DNA from: Vicinamibacterales bacterium
GTDB taxonomy: Bacteria > Acidobacteriota > Vicinamibacteria > Vicinamibacterales > Fen-181
Direction: 5' to 3'
DNA length: 46,473 bases
Assembly (NCBI GenBank): GCA_029974175.1
Contig: JARKSS010000099.1
Location: 1-46,473, forward strand
The notes beneath the pieces are model-generated. The model made no database searches, was not told the DNA's origin, and saw nothing but the letters and a program-made list of their open reading frames with translations. Below, piece after piece: positions 25,596 to 34,429 of this stretch. The position numbers and the translations under genes were made by a program. Position 1 is the stretch's first letter. Every line of letters starts with the position of its first letter.

Positions 25596-25853
25596 ATGAA
25601 GGACATCATCCTCGAATACGTGAAGAACGAGTACCTCGACGAAGACGAGGCCGAGGAGATCGGCCTCGACGAGAACACGCCGCTCATCTCGAGCGGCATC
25701 GTGGACAGCTTCAGCATGGTGAGCCTGAAGCGGTTCCTCGAGAAGAAGTACGGCATTGCCATTCCCGACGACCAGGCGACGCCCGAGGCGTTCAACACCG
25801 TCGCCAGCATCGTCGAGCTGGTGAAGCGCCACCAGGGCGAGAAGGGGGCGTGA
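25596..25853 (+). CDS. acyl/peptidyl carrier protein (phosphopantetheine-binding), non-canonical ACP
   Basis: 'SSGIVDSFSMVSLKRFLE' carries the DS(F/L) Ser attachment motif. 85 aa, with GGGTGGGAG RBS. The stop is 1 nt before the next ATG. Confidence 0.8.
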   Translation: MKDIILEYVKNEYLDEDEAEEIGLDENTPLISSGIVDSFSMVSLKRFLEKKYGIAIPDDQATPEAFNTVASIVELVKRHQGEKGA

Positions 25854-25854
25854 G

Positions 25855-27102
25855 ATGGCGTACCCGGCCGCGCTGAGAGAGGCCTATCGCGCCGAGCTGC
25901 AGGGCATCCGCGAGAAGGGCATCTACAAGGAAGAGCGCTACATCCACTCGCCGCAGGCCGCCGGCATCGACGTCGAGTTCCCGGCCGGCGCCGGGCTGAA
26001 GCGGGTGGTCAACCTGTGCGCCAACAACTACCTCGGGCTGTCGAGCCATCCCGAGGTGGTCGCCGCCGCGCACCGGGGCCTCGACGAGCGCGGGTACGGC
26101 ATGTCGAGCGTCCGCTTCATCTGCGGCACCCAGGACATCCATCGCGAACTGGAAACGCAGTTGACCGCCTTCCTCGGCACCGAGGACACGATCCTGTTCC
26201 CGAGCTGCATGGACGCCAACGGCGGCGTCTTCGAGGCGGTGCTGACCGACCGGGACGTGATGATCGCCGATCGCCTCGTGCACGCGAGCATCGTGGACGG
26301 GATGCGGCTGTGCAAGGCGATGCAGGACACCTACAAGCACGCGGACATGAAGCACCTGGAGCAGAAGCTCCAGGAGCACCAGGACAAGCGCGCGCGGATG
26401 ATCATCACCGACGGCGTGTTCAGCATGGACGGCGACCTGGCGCCCCTCGACCAGATCGTGGAACTGGCCGAGCGCTACCAGGCGATGGTGTTCGTCGACG
26501 ACAGCCACGCCAGCGGTTTCATGGGCAGGACCGGGCGGGGGACGCCCGAGCACTTCGGCGTGCAGGGGAAGATCGACATCATCACCACCACGCTCGGCAA
26601 GGCGCTCGGTGGCGCGAGCGGCGGCTGCGTGTCGGGCCGGCAGGAGATCGTGGACTTGTGCCGGCAGAAGGCGCGGCCGTACCTGTTCAGCAACGCCGTC
26701 CCGCCTCCCATCGTCTACGCCGCGCTGAAGGTGCTCGAGATCCTGAGCACCAGCACCGAGCGGCGCGACAAGCTCGAGGCGAACACGGCGTTCTGGCGGA
26801 AGGGCCTGAAGGAGGCGGGGTTCGTCATCAAGGACGGCGAGAGCCCGATCGTCCCGATCATGCTGTTCAACGCGAAGCTGAGCCAGGACATCGCCCGCGA
26901 CCTCTACGCCGAAGGGATCTACGTCATCGGCTTCTTCTTCCCGGTGGTGGCCGCCGGGCAGGCGCGCATCCGGACGCAGCTCTCGGCCGATCACGACATC
27001 CCGATGCTGGCCGAGGCCCTCGAGGCCTTCAAGCGCGTCGGCGCGAAGTACGGGATCCTCGGGCTGGACAAAAAGGGGATCATCGAGAAGTACGGGCTCT
27101 GA
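25855..27102 (+). CDS. PLP-dependent alpha-oxoamine synthase, Kbl-like (glycine C-acetyltransferase / serine palmitoyltransferase family)
   Basis: 'CANNYLGL', 'VRFICGTQD', 'DANGG', 'DGVFSMDGD', 'VDDSHA', PLP-Lys 'TLGKALGGASGG', 'GQARIRTQ'. Close to E. coli Kbl from memory. Confidence 0.9.
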   Translation: MAYPAALREAYRAELQGIREKGIYKEERYIHSPQAAGIDVEFPAGAGLKRVVNLCANNYLGLSSHPEVVAAAHRGLDERGYGMSSVRFICGTQDIHRELETQLTAFLGTEDTILFPSCMDANGGVFEAVLTDRDVMIADRLVHASIVDGMRLCKAMQDTYKHADMKHLEQKLQEHQDKRARMIITDGVFSMDGDLAPLDQIVELAERYQAMVFVDDSHASGFMGRTGRGTPEHFGVQGKIDIITTTLGKALGGASGGCVSGRQEIVDLCRQKARPYLFSNAVPPPIVYAALKVLEILSTSTERRDKLEANTAFWRKGLKEAGFVIKDGESPIVPIMLFNAKLSQDIARDLYAEGIYVIGFFFPVVAAGQARIRTQLSADHDIPMLAEALEAFKRVGAKYGILGLDKKGIIEKYGL

Positions 27103-27216
27103 CGGACGGCGTACAGAAGAACGGAGAGTGCGGAGACGGATCGCGCACTCTCCCTTCCATCCCGCTACATCTCGGGCCCGAACGGGCGGGGCGACCCTGA
27201 GCTGCCTCGTGGCCTC

Positions 27217-27244
27217 GAGCCATGAGCCCTGAGCCGTGAGCCTT
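27217..27244. repeat. tandem heptamer array GAGCCNT (4 units), the GGCTCAN family in reverse orientation
   Basis: gagccat|gagccct|gagccgt|gagcctt, immediately upstream of the IDH start. A degenerate REP copy (ggggcgaccct...ctcgtgg) lies at 27187-27212. Confidence 0.85.
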
Positions 27245-27247
27245 CCT

Positions 27248-28447
27248 ATGTCCAGAATTCCCATGAAGACGCCGCTCGTCGAGATGGACGGCGACGAGAT
27301 GACCCGGATCCTGTGGGCCTGGGTCAAGACGAAGCTGATCGAGCCGCACGTCGAGCTGAAGACCGAGTACTACGACCTCGGCCTCGAGCATCGCGACAGG
27401 ACCGACGACAAGGTCACCCACGAGGCGGCCGAGGCGACGCGCCGGCTCGGCGTGGCGGTGAAGTGCGCCACCATCACGCCGAACGAAGACCGGATGTCGG
27501 AGTACAAGCTGAAGAAGCAGTGGAAGAGCCCGAACGCCACGATCCGAGCGGCGCTCGACGGCACCGTCTTCCGCAAGCCCATCCTCGTCCCCAACATCAA
27601 GCCGGGCGTCGTCAGCTGGAAGAAGCCGATCATCGTCGGGCGCCACGCGTACGGGGACGTGTACAAGAACGCCGAGATCGCGGTGCCCGGGCGGGGCAAG
27701 GGCGAGCTGGTGTTCACCGGGGAGGATGGGACCGAGAAGCGGGTGGTGATCCACGAATTCTGCGGGCCGGGCATCCTCCAGGGCATCCACAACACCGAGG
27801 CCTCGATCAGGAGCTTCGCCCGCTCGTGCTTCACCTACGCCCTCGACGAGAGGGTGGACGTCTGGTTCGCCACCAAGGACACCATCTCGAAGACCTACGA
27901 CGCGTCGTTCCGGCGCATCTTCGAGGAGGTGTTCGCCCAGGAGTTCGCCGCCCGGTTCAAGGCCGCCGGCATCGAGTACTTCTACACGCTCATCGATGAC
28001 GTGGTGGCGCGGGTGGTGAAGGGCGAGGGCGGGATGCTGTGGGCGTGCAAGAACTACGATGGCGACGTCATGTCCGACATGGTCGCCTCGGCGTTCGGCA
28101 GCCTCGCGATGATGACCTCGGTGCTGGTGTCGCCCGACGGCTGCTTCGAATACGAGGCGGCGCACGGCACCGTGCAGAAGCACTACTACAAGTACCTGAA
28201 GGGCGAGAAGACCTCCAGCAACTCGATGGCGCTCATCTTCGCCTGGACCGGCGCGCTGCGGAAGCGGGGCGAACTGGACGGCCTGGCCGACCTCTCGGCG
28301 TTCGCGACCCGCCTCGAGCAGGCCTCGCTCGCGACGATCGCCGACGGGGTGATGACGGGCGACCTGGCGCGGCTGGCTTCACCCCCGCCCCGGCAAGTGG
28401 TGGACAGCGAGGCCTTCCTGGACGCCATCGCCGAGCGGATCGGCTGA
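27248..28447 (+). CDS. icd: NADP-dependent isocitrate dehydrogenase, type II (eukaryote-like homodimeric)
   Basis: '[13 protein letters not shown]', 'KCATITP', 'GRHAYGD', 'NYDGDVMSD', 'AHGTVQKHY'. Confidence 0.95.
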   Translation: MSRIPMKTPLVEMDGDEMTRILWAWVKTKLIEPHVELKTEYYDLGLEHRDRTDDKVTHEAAEATRRLGVAVKCATITPNEDRMSEYKLKKQWKSPNATIRAALDGTVFRKPILVPNIKPGVVSWKKPIIVGRHAYGDVYKNAEIAVPGRGKGELVFTGEDGTEKRVVIHEFCGPGILQGIHNTEASIRSFARSCFTYALDERVDVWFATKDTISKTYDASFRRIFEEVFAQEFAARFKAAGIEYFYTLIDDVVARVVKGEGGMLWACKNYDGDVMSDMVASAFGSLAMMTSVLVSPDGCFEYEAAHGTVQKHYYKYLKGEKTSSNSMALIFAWTGALRKRGELDGLADLSAFATRLEQASLATIADGVMTGDLARLASPPPRQVVDSEAFLDAIAERIG

Positions 28448-28451
28448 GGCC

Positions 28452-29837
28452 ATGGATCCGTACCAGCAGTACGCCGACGACATCGTCGGGCGCGCGGCAG
28501 CAGCAGCCGAGGCCTGGAGGCGCTTCGACCAGGCGCAGGCCGACGCGGTGGTCGAAGCCATGGCCGCCGCGGCGTGGGAGGCGCGCGAGCGCCTGGCCCG
28601 CCTCGCGGTGGACGAGACGCAGATGGGGGTGTTCGCCGACAAGGTCCTGAAGAACGCGTGGGCGGCAACCATCGTGCGCGACTCGCTGCGCGGCATGCGG
28701 ACGGCCGGCGTCATCGCGCAGGACGAGGCCTCGGGCATCACCGAGTTCGCCGAGCCGGTGGGGGCCGTGCTGGGACTCGTTCCGGTGACCAACCCGACCT
28801 CCACCGCGATCTTCAAGGCGCTCATCTGTGCCAAGACGCGCAACGCCCTCATCTTCAGCCCGCACCGCGGCGCCCGGAAGTGCGTCAGGGAAACAGCCCG
28901 GATCCTGAGCGAAGCGGCCGCGGCGGCCGGCGCGCCCGAGGACGCCATCCAGGTGGTTTCCCGGTCGCAGACCGAATACCTCCGCCAGGTGATGGTCCAC
29001 AAGCGGCTGGCCCTGATCGTCGCCACCGGCACCCGCTCGATCGTCGAGACGGCGCGGCACACGGGAACCCCGACGCTTGGCGTGGGACCTGGCAACGTTC
29101 CCGTCTACGTGCACGGCTCGGCCGATCTCGCCGAGGCGGCCCGGATGATCCTGCTCTCGAAGACGTTCGACAACGGCACGGTGTGCGCGAGCGAGCAGGC
29201 CGTGGTGGTCGAGGCGCCACAGGCGCCGGCCTTGAGGGAGGCCTTCGTGCGCGGCGGGGCCTACTTCTGCTCGCCCGCCGAAATCGAGGCGCTGGGGCCG
29301 GTGTGCTTCGATGCCTCGCACCGGAGGATGCGCGTCGACGTCGTGGGGCAGCCAGCCGTCGAGATCGCGCGGCGCGCGGGGTTCCGCGTGCCGGCGCGGA
29401 CGAAGCTGTTGATCGGAGCCCCGGGTGGGATCGGCCCCGGCCACCCGCTGTCAGCCGAGATCCTGGCACCGGTGCTCGCGTGGTACGAGGTGCGCAGCTA
29501 TGCCGAGGCGTTGCGAACCTGCCGGGCCATCACGGCGTGGGGCGGCGTGGGCCACACGGTCGGCGTGCACGCGCGCGACGAGTCGGTGGTCGCCGACTTC
29601 GCGCAGATGCGCGCGTCGCGCATCCTGGTCAACCAGCCGACGACACAGGGTGCGATCGGCGGCATCGTCAACTGCCTGCAGCCGTCGCTGACGCTCTCGT
29701 GCGGTCCGAGCGCGCGCAACCTCACCACCGACAACATCGGCGCCCGCCACCTGCTCAACATCCACAGGGTGGTCCTTCCGCGGGCGAACCCCGCGTGGGC
29801 GGCGATGACCTCGCCTTCTTTTTCTGGGAGCGATTAG
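28452..29837 (+). CDS. CoA-acylating aldehyde dehydrogenase (AdhE-N/EutE-like)
   Basis: 'VTNPTSTAIFKALICAKTRNALIFSPH' and 'FDNGTVCASEQAVVV' (catalytic Cys), as in the AdhE ALDH domain. Confidence 0.85.
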   Translation: MDPYQQYADDIVGRAAAAAEAWRRFDQAQADAVVEAMAAAAWEARERLARLAVDETQMGVFADKVLKNAWAATIVRDSLRGMRTAGVIAQDEASGITEFAEPVGAVLGLVPVTNPTSTAIFKALICAKTRNALIFSPHRGARKCVRETARILSEAAAAAGAPEDAIQVVSRSQTEYLRQVMVHKRLALIVATGTRSIVETARHTGTPTLGVGPGNVPVYVHGSADLAEAARMILLSKTFDNGTVCASEQAVVVEAPQAPALREAFVRGGAYFCSPAEIEALGPVCFDASHRRMRVDVVGQPAVEIARRAGFRVPARTKLLIGAPGGIGPGHPLSAEILAPVLAWYEVRSYAEALRTCRAITAWGGVGHTVGVHARDESVVADFAQMRASRILVNQPTTQGAIGGIVNCLQPSLTLSCGPSARNLTTDNIGARHLLNIHRVVLPRANPAWAAMTSPSFSGSD

Positions 29838-30166
29838 CCCGCCATCAGCAGCAGCGCCGTCCACGGCACGATCGCGGCGCCCAGGTAGATGGCCGTCAGC
29901 ACGGCGACGAGCCGGTGAACGCCGGTGAGGTGAAGGGCGATGCCGAGCGCACCGGCCACCACCTTGGCGCCGGTGAGGCCCGGGCCGGTTCCGAAGGCCA
30001 GCATCAGGCTGGCCACGACCGGGTTCCCTTCCATGTGCGAGCCGAGCGTGGCGAGGCCGACGTAGGTGAGCACGCCGTCCAGCGCCTGAACGGCAAGGAA
30101 GGCGACGACGGCGATGTTGCCGAAACCGGAGGCGTCTGAACGGTTGAATATCCAACGAGACAGCAT
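29834..30166 (-). CDS. DUF5658-like small membrane protein
   Basis: Three or four TM helices. 'EGNPV' loop is typical of that family (memory). 4-nt convergent overlap with the ALDH stop. Confidence 0.55.
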   Translation of the reverse strand: MLSRWIFNRSDASGFGNIAVVAFLAVQALDGVLTYVGLATLGSHMEGNPVVASLMLAFGTGPGLTGAKVVAGALGIALHLTGVHRLVAVLTAIYLGAAIVPWTALLLMAG

Positions 30167-30473
30167 CTTAGGTCTGCCCTACGGCTGACTTCAGCCGCCA
30201 ACTCGACCTTCTAACCCGTTGGATAAACAAGGCTTATGCCAGTGGGTCCGCAGCGGTCACTACACACGTCGGCGTGGCGGGCCCGAGCGTCGGCGGCAGG
30301 CCTGACGGCGCCCGGGCGGGAGCCGTGAGCCTTCCGGGCGGCCGCGGCCTGCCGAGCATTCTTTACATGGGGTTCTCCGCTCTTTTCGCATTTTCGTGTA
30401 GTTTCTACACGACAGTAGCTCGTCCGTTACACTCACCCGACTCGGCTAAACGGAATCAAGTCGTTATCGATCA

Positions 30474-31468
30474 ATGACTTGCATGAATGGCAAGCGGGTT
30501 GCCTCCACCGTGGCCAGGATGCTTCCCCTCGCGCGCGTTTTGCTTGGCGTGATGCTGATCGGCTTGGCGGCCCCCGTGGCCGCCCAGACGCCCTCAGCGC
30601 CTGCGTCGAGCGGAGCGACCTTCCGGAGCGGCGTGGACATCGTCACGGTCAACGTCGTCGTCCGGGATCGCAAGGGCCGGATCGTGAAGAACCTGCGCCG
30701 CAGCGACTTCGAGCTGCTCGACAGCGGTGTGCCCCGGGCGATCAGGGACTTCCGGCCCGACCAGGCGCCAATCAGCGTGGCCGTGCTGGTGGACGGCAGC
30801 GGCAGCATGCAGGTGGCCGACAAGATCGCGGAGGCCCGCGCGGCCGCGCAGTTCCTGTTTGCGTGGCTCGACCCGGGCCGCGACGAGGTGGGCATCTTCT
30901 CGTTCGACACGGGACTCTACGAACTGCGGCCGTTCGCGACGGCCGACGAGCCCGCCGGGCTTCATGCGACGCTCGGGGGCGTGGTGCCGTTTGGGATGAC
31001 GTCGTTGCACGACGCGGTGGCGGCCACCGCCAGGGTGGTGGCCGAGCGGCCGAACGTCACCGCGCGGTGATCGTGCTGACCGATGGTGTCGACAACGGCA
31101 GCCGGCTGACGCCCGCCGAGGTGTCGGGCATTGCCAGCTCGATTGACGTTCCGGTTTACATCGTCGCCGTGGTGTCACCGCTGGATCACGCGGGGGCGTC
31201 GAGCGCGGTGCGGTCGGAGCGCCCGGTACCGGTCGGCGATCTCGCCGACCTGGCGCGGTGGACCGGGGGGGAGCTGTACGTCAGCAGCAGTGCCGCGCAC
31301 ACCAGCGCGGCGACTCGCGAGATCGTCGAGGAGCTCCGCCATCAGTATCTGATCGCGTTCGAGCCGGGCAGCCGGCCGGGCTGGCACCCGCTGGAGGTGC
31401 GCACCCGGAAGGGCAACCTGATCGTCCGGGCGCGCAGCGGGTACATGGCCGGGCAGGCCCAGGACTAG
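30474..31468 (+). pseudogene. VWFA-related acidobacterial-domain (TIGR03436-like) secreted protein, frameshifted near 31040-31070
   Basis: Frame-0 part 30474..31070 carries 'FRSGVDIVTVNVVVRD', 'FELLDSG' and MIDAS 'VLVDGSGSM'. The continuation 'RAVIVLTDGVDNGS...VPVYIVAV...GGELY...HQYLIAFEP...VRARSGY' is in the -1 frame and ends at TAG 31466-31468. One missing base would restore a ~330-aa protein. Confidence 0.7.
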
Positions 31469-31534
31469 CGCCGCGCGGCTCGAGTCCGCGGCCGTGCAGT
31501 CGTTCACCGGGTTTCATCGAGGAGGCGTTTGATC

Positions 31535-32200
31535 ATGAGGAAGTTCGTGCTGGCCATGTCGGTGGCATCGATCGCGGCCCTGGGCTCCACGGCGTGCGCG
31601 ACGAAGGGGTTCGTCCGCGACCGCGTGGGCGAGGTCAACGACAAGGTGGAGACGGTGTCGCGCTCGCTGGAGGAAACCCAGGAGCGGACGAGGAAGAACG
31701 AGGCCCGCATCGGCGAGGCCGAGCAGAAGATCCAGCAGGTGGATCAGCGCGCGGCGGCCGCCAACGCGGCGGCGACCGAGGCGCGGACGGCGGCCGACAC
31801 CGCGGCGACCAAGGCCGAGGCGGTGGAGAAGGCCGTCAAGCGGATCGTCTACGAGGTGACCCTGAGCGAGGACCAGGGCAACTTCAAGTTCGGCCAGGCG
31901 ACGCTTCCCGAGGAGGCGAAGGCACGCCTCGACGAGGTGGCTTCGCAGCTGAAGGCGAACCCGAATGGCGCGTACATCGAGGTCGAGGGCTACACCGACA
32001 GCATCGGCTCGAAGGAGTACAACCATCAGCTGGGCCTCCAGCGCGCCGAGTCTGTGAAGCGGTACCTCTACACGCAGCACCAGATCCCGCTGCACCGGAT
32101 CAGCGTCATCAGCTACGGGTCTGAGAACCCGATCGCCCCGAACAACACCCGCGCGGGCCGTGCGAAGAACCGCCGGGTCGTGATCAAGGTCCTGGTCTAG
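31535..32200 (+). CDS. OmpA-family lipoprotein with N-terminal coiled coil
   Basis: Lipobox 'LGSTAC'. Ala/Glu-rich helix. OmpA_C 'VEGYTDSIGSKEYNHQLGLQRAESVKRYL', 'NRRVVIKV'. GAGGAGG RBS. Confidence 0.85.
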   Translation: MRKFVLAMSVASIAALGSTACATKGFVRDRVGEVNDKVETVSRSLEETQERTRKNEARIGEAEQKIQQVDQRAAAANAAATEARTAADTAATKAEAVEKAVKRIVYEVTLSEDQGNFKFGQATLPEEAKARLDEVASQLKANPNGAYIEVEGYTDSIGSKEYNHQLGLQRAESVKRYLYTQHQIPLHRISVISYGSENPIAPNNTRAGRAKNRRVVIKVLV

Positions 32201-32312
32201 AGTGCACGAGGGGCCGGGGGCTCGACCCCTGGTTCCAACCTTACGTTGCAGCTTGCGGTGCGGGCGAGACAACGCGCCCGGTGCTGAGGAGCGGCTTCCG
32301 CATCGCAGGGGT

Positions 32313-32356
32313 AGGCCGGCGCCGAAACATGGGATCACGGCGCCGGCCTTTTCTTC
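32313..32356 (+). terminator. rho-independent terminator after the OmpA-like gene
   Basis: aggccggcgccg - 13-nt loop - cggcgccggcct (12-bp perfect stem) followed by tttcttcc. Confidence 0.65.
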
Positions 32357-32405
32357 CTCTCCTCTCCGTTACCCCGCGCGTTCCGCCTTGCAGTATCCTC
32401 CCCCA

Positions 32406-32789
32406 ATGGCCATACGCACCGAACTGACGCTCCGGCTCCAGAACAGCCCCGGCATGCTCGCCAGGGTCTGCCAGGTGATCGCCAACGAGCGGATCAACAT
32501 CGTGGCGATGAACCTGGCGAGCCCCCTTGTCGTGCGCCTGGTCGTCGACAACCCGGTCCACGCGGCCGCCGTCCTCCGCGAGCACCATTACCAGGTCGAG
32601 GAGCGCGACGTCATCTACACGGCGACCTCGAACGACCCGGGCGCCCTGCTTCGGATCACGCGGCTCATCGCCGACGCCGGCATCAACGTCGAGTACCTCT
32701 ACGCCACCGCCCTGGAGGGGCAGCCGATGGCCAGCGTCGTCGTGGGTGTCCCCGACGCCGAGCGGGCCTCGTCGGCTGCCGGCCTGTAG
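32406..32789 (+). CDS. tandem ACT-domain protein
   Basis: Two repeats ('LRLQNSPGMLARVCQVIANERINIVAM' and 'SNDPGALLRITRLIADAGINVEYL'). ATG 32406; upstream track codons look non-coding. Confidence 0.7.
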   Translation: MAIRTELTLRLQNSPGMLARVCQVIANERINIVAMNLASPLVVRLVVDNPVHAAAVLREHHYQVEERDVIYTATSNDPGALLRITRLIADAGINVEYLYATALEGQPMASVVVGVPDAERASSAAGL

Positions 32790-32795
32790 TCCGGG

Positions 32796-34364
32796 ATGAG
32801 CGGCCCACCTTCCTCCGGTTCGGCGACAACACGGCCCCGGCCGCGGACCGGCCGCCTGCTGGAGCCGCTGAGGACGCTGCGCGTCCGTCTCGCGCTGCTC
32901 GTCACCCTCGTCGTCGCCCTCGTCGTCGGGGCCAGCAGCTACCTGCAGATGCGGGTGTTCGAGTCGGAGATCAGCGCCGGCCTCGAGGACACGGCAATCA
33001 AGATCGCCGTCGCGGTGGCCGACGACGTCGAGGTGCGCCCCGAGCCGCTGAACCACGGGGCCCTCGCCGAGAGCCTGCGCGAGTTCTACGAGGCCGTGCC
33101 GTCGCTGCGCGCGATCTCGGTGGTGCGCATCGTGGACGGCGAGGCGGCGGTGCTCGTGAGCACTGCCGCGCAGGAGCGTCCCGAGGTCCTCGGCCTGGCG
33201 CAGGCGGCGGCGCGCCGCGGCGAGACGGTGTACTCGTCGTTCCGCGCGCTCAAGCTGGTGGCCGTGCCGGCGCGCCGCGAGGAGCGGCCCTTCGGGGCGG
33301 TGGTCGTGACCTACTCGAAGGACTCGGTCGAGCAGCTGAAGCGCGAGGGGCGGATCGTGCTGGTGTGGTTCGTGCCCGCCGCGATCGTGGTGCTGGCGCT
33401 GCTGGTCGACCTGCTCACGCGGCGGCTGATCCACCGCCCGATCGGGGGGATCCGCCGGACGATGAACGAGGTGGGCGCGGGGCAGCTGAGCGCGCGCGCG
33501 CCCGTGCTGCGCGACGACGAGATCGGCGCGGTGGCCAAGGGCCTGAACGCGATGCTCGCCGAGATGGAGAACTTCAACGTCGCGCTGCAGGAGCGGGTGC
33601 GGGAGGCGACGAGCGAGCTGCGGGCGCGCAACGACGAGCTGGTGCGCAGCTACGAGCGCGTGCTGTCGCTGCGCGACGCGCTGGGCCGTGCCGAGCAGCT
33701 GGCGGCCGTGGGCCACATGGCGGCCAGCGTGGCGCACCAGATCGGGACGCCGCTCAACCTGATCTCGGGCTACGTGCAGGTGATCCGCGAGGAGAGCGGC
33801 CCCGACGCCCGGGTGACCCAGCGCCTCGAGATCGTGCAGGAACAGATCGCCAAGGTCACCTCGATCGTGCGGACCATGCTCGACCACGCACGGCGGCCGA
33901 CACCGCGCGAGCCGACCGACCTGGCAGCGCTGGCGCAGCGGGTGCACGACGTGGCGCGGCCGAAGGCAGCGGCCATGGGCGTCCGCCTCGCTCTCTCGGC
34001 CCCCGAGGTGCCGCCGGTGCTTGCCGACCCGGTGCAGCTCGAACTCGCCCTGTTGAACCTGTTGAGCAACGGGCTCGACGCGATGCCGAACGGCGGGGTG
34101 CTCACGATCGCGCTCGTGCCGTCCCCCGAGGGGGTCAAGATCGAGGTGAGCGACACGGGCACCGGGATCGCCCCCGACCTGCTGCCGCGGATCTTCGACC
34201 CGTGGGTGACGACGAAGGGGGCCGGGCGCGGGTCCGGTCTGGGGCTGAGCATCACCCGGGAGGTGGTGACGGCGCACGGCGGGACGGTGACGGTGCGGAG
34301 CGAGGTGGGGGTGGGGTCCACCTTCACCCTGGTGCTGCCGGCAGCGCCCGTCACCGTTTCCTAG
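32796..34364 (+). CDS. sensor histidine kinase (2 TM - periplasmic domain - HAMP - HisKA - HATPase_c)
   Basis: HAMP 'IRRTMNEVGAGQLSARAP', H-box 'SVAHQIGTPLNLI', 'LLSNGLDAM', 'DTGTGI', 'GSGLGLSI'. Confidence 0.9.
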   Translation: MSGPPSSGSATTRPRPRTGRLLEPLRTLRVRLALLVTLVVALVVGASSYLQMRVFESEISAGLEDTAIKIAVAVADDVEVRPEPLNHGALAESLREFYEAVPSLRAISVVRIVDGEAAVLVSTAAQERPEVLGLAQAAARRGETVYSSFRALKLVAVPARREERPFGAVVVTYSKDSVEQLKREGRIVLVWFVPAAIVVLALLVDLLTRRLIHRPIGGIRRTMNEVGAGQLSARAPVLRDDEIGAVAKGLNAMLAEMENFNVALQERVREATSELRARNDELVRSYERVLSLRDALGRAEQLAAVGHMAASVAHQIGTPLNLISGYVQVIREESGPDARVTQRLEIVQEQIAKVTSIVRTMLDHARRPTPREPTDLAALAQRVHDVARPKAAAMGVRLALSAPEVPPVLADPVQLELALLNLLSNGLDAMPNGGVLTIALVPSPEGVKIEVSDTGTGIAPDLLPRIFDPWVTTKGAGRGSGLGLSITREVVTAHGGTVTVRSEVGVGSTFTLVLPAAPVTVS

Positions 34365-34429
34365 CTGCTGAAGCCAGGGGAGCAGGGCTGAAGCCCTGCT
34401 GTTGCCGGTGATCCCCGGCCAACAGTCTT

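Noticed and set aside
25855-27102. Calling the alpha-oxoamine synthase simply kbl (threonine catabolism)
   Set aside because: Sequence similarity to Kbl is high, but there is no adjacent tdh, and the gene is translationally coupled to a dedicated carrier protein. The gene symbol is therefore left open.
30274-30477. 67-aa ORF in the lower-GC spacer upstream of the VWFA gene
   Set aside because: Poor GC3, no RBS, and a low-complexity N-terminal half. The region looks like a promoter/leader. It contains the small palindromes cgtgtag-ttt-ctacacg at 30395-30411 and cggctga-ct-tcagccg at 30182-30197, which I could not assign a function.
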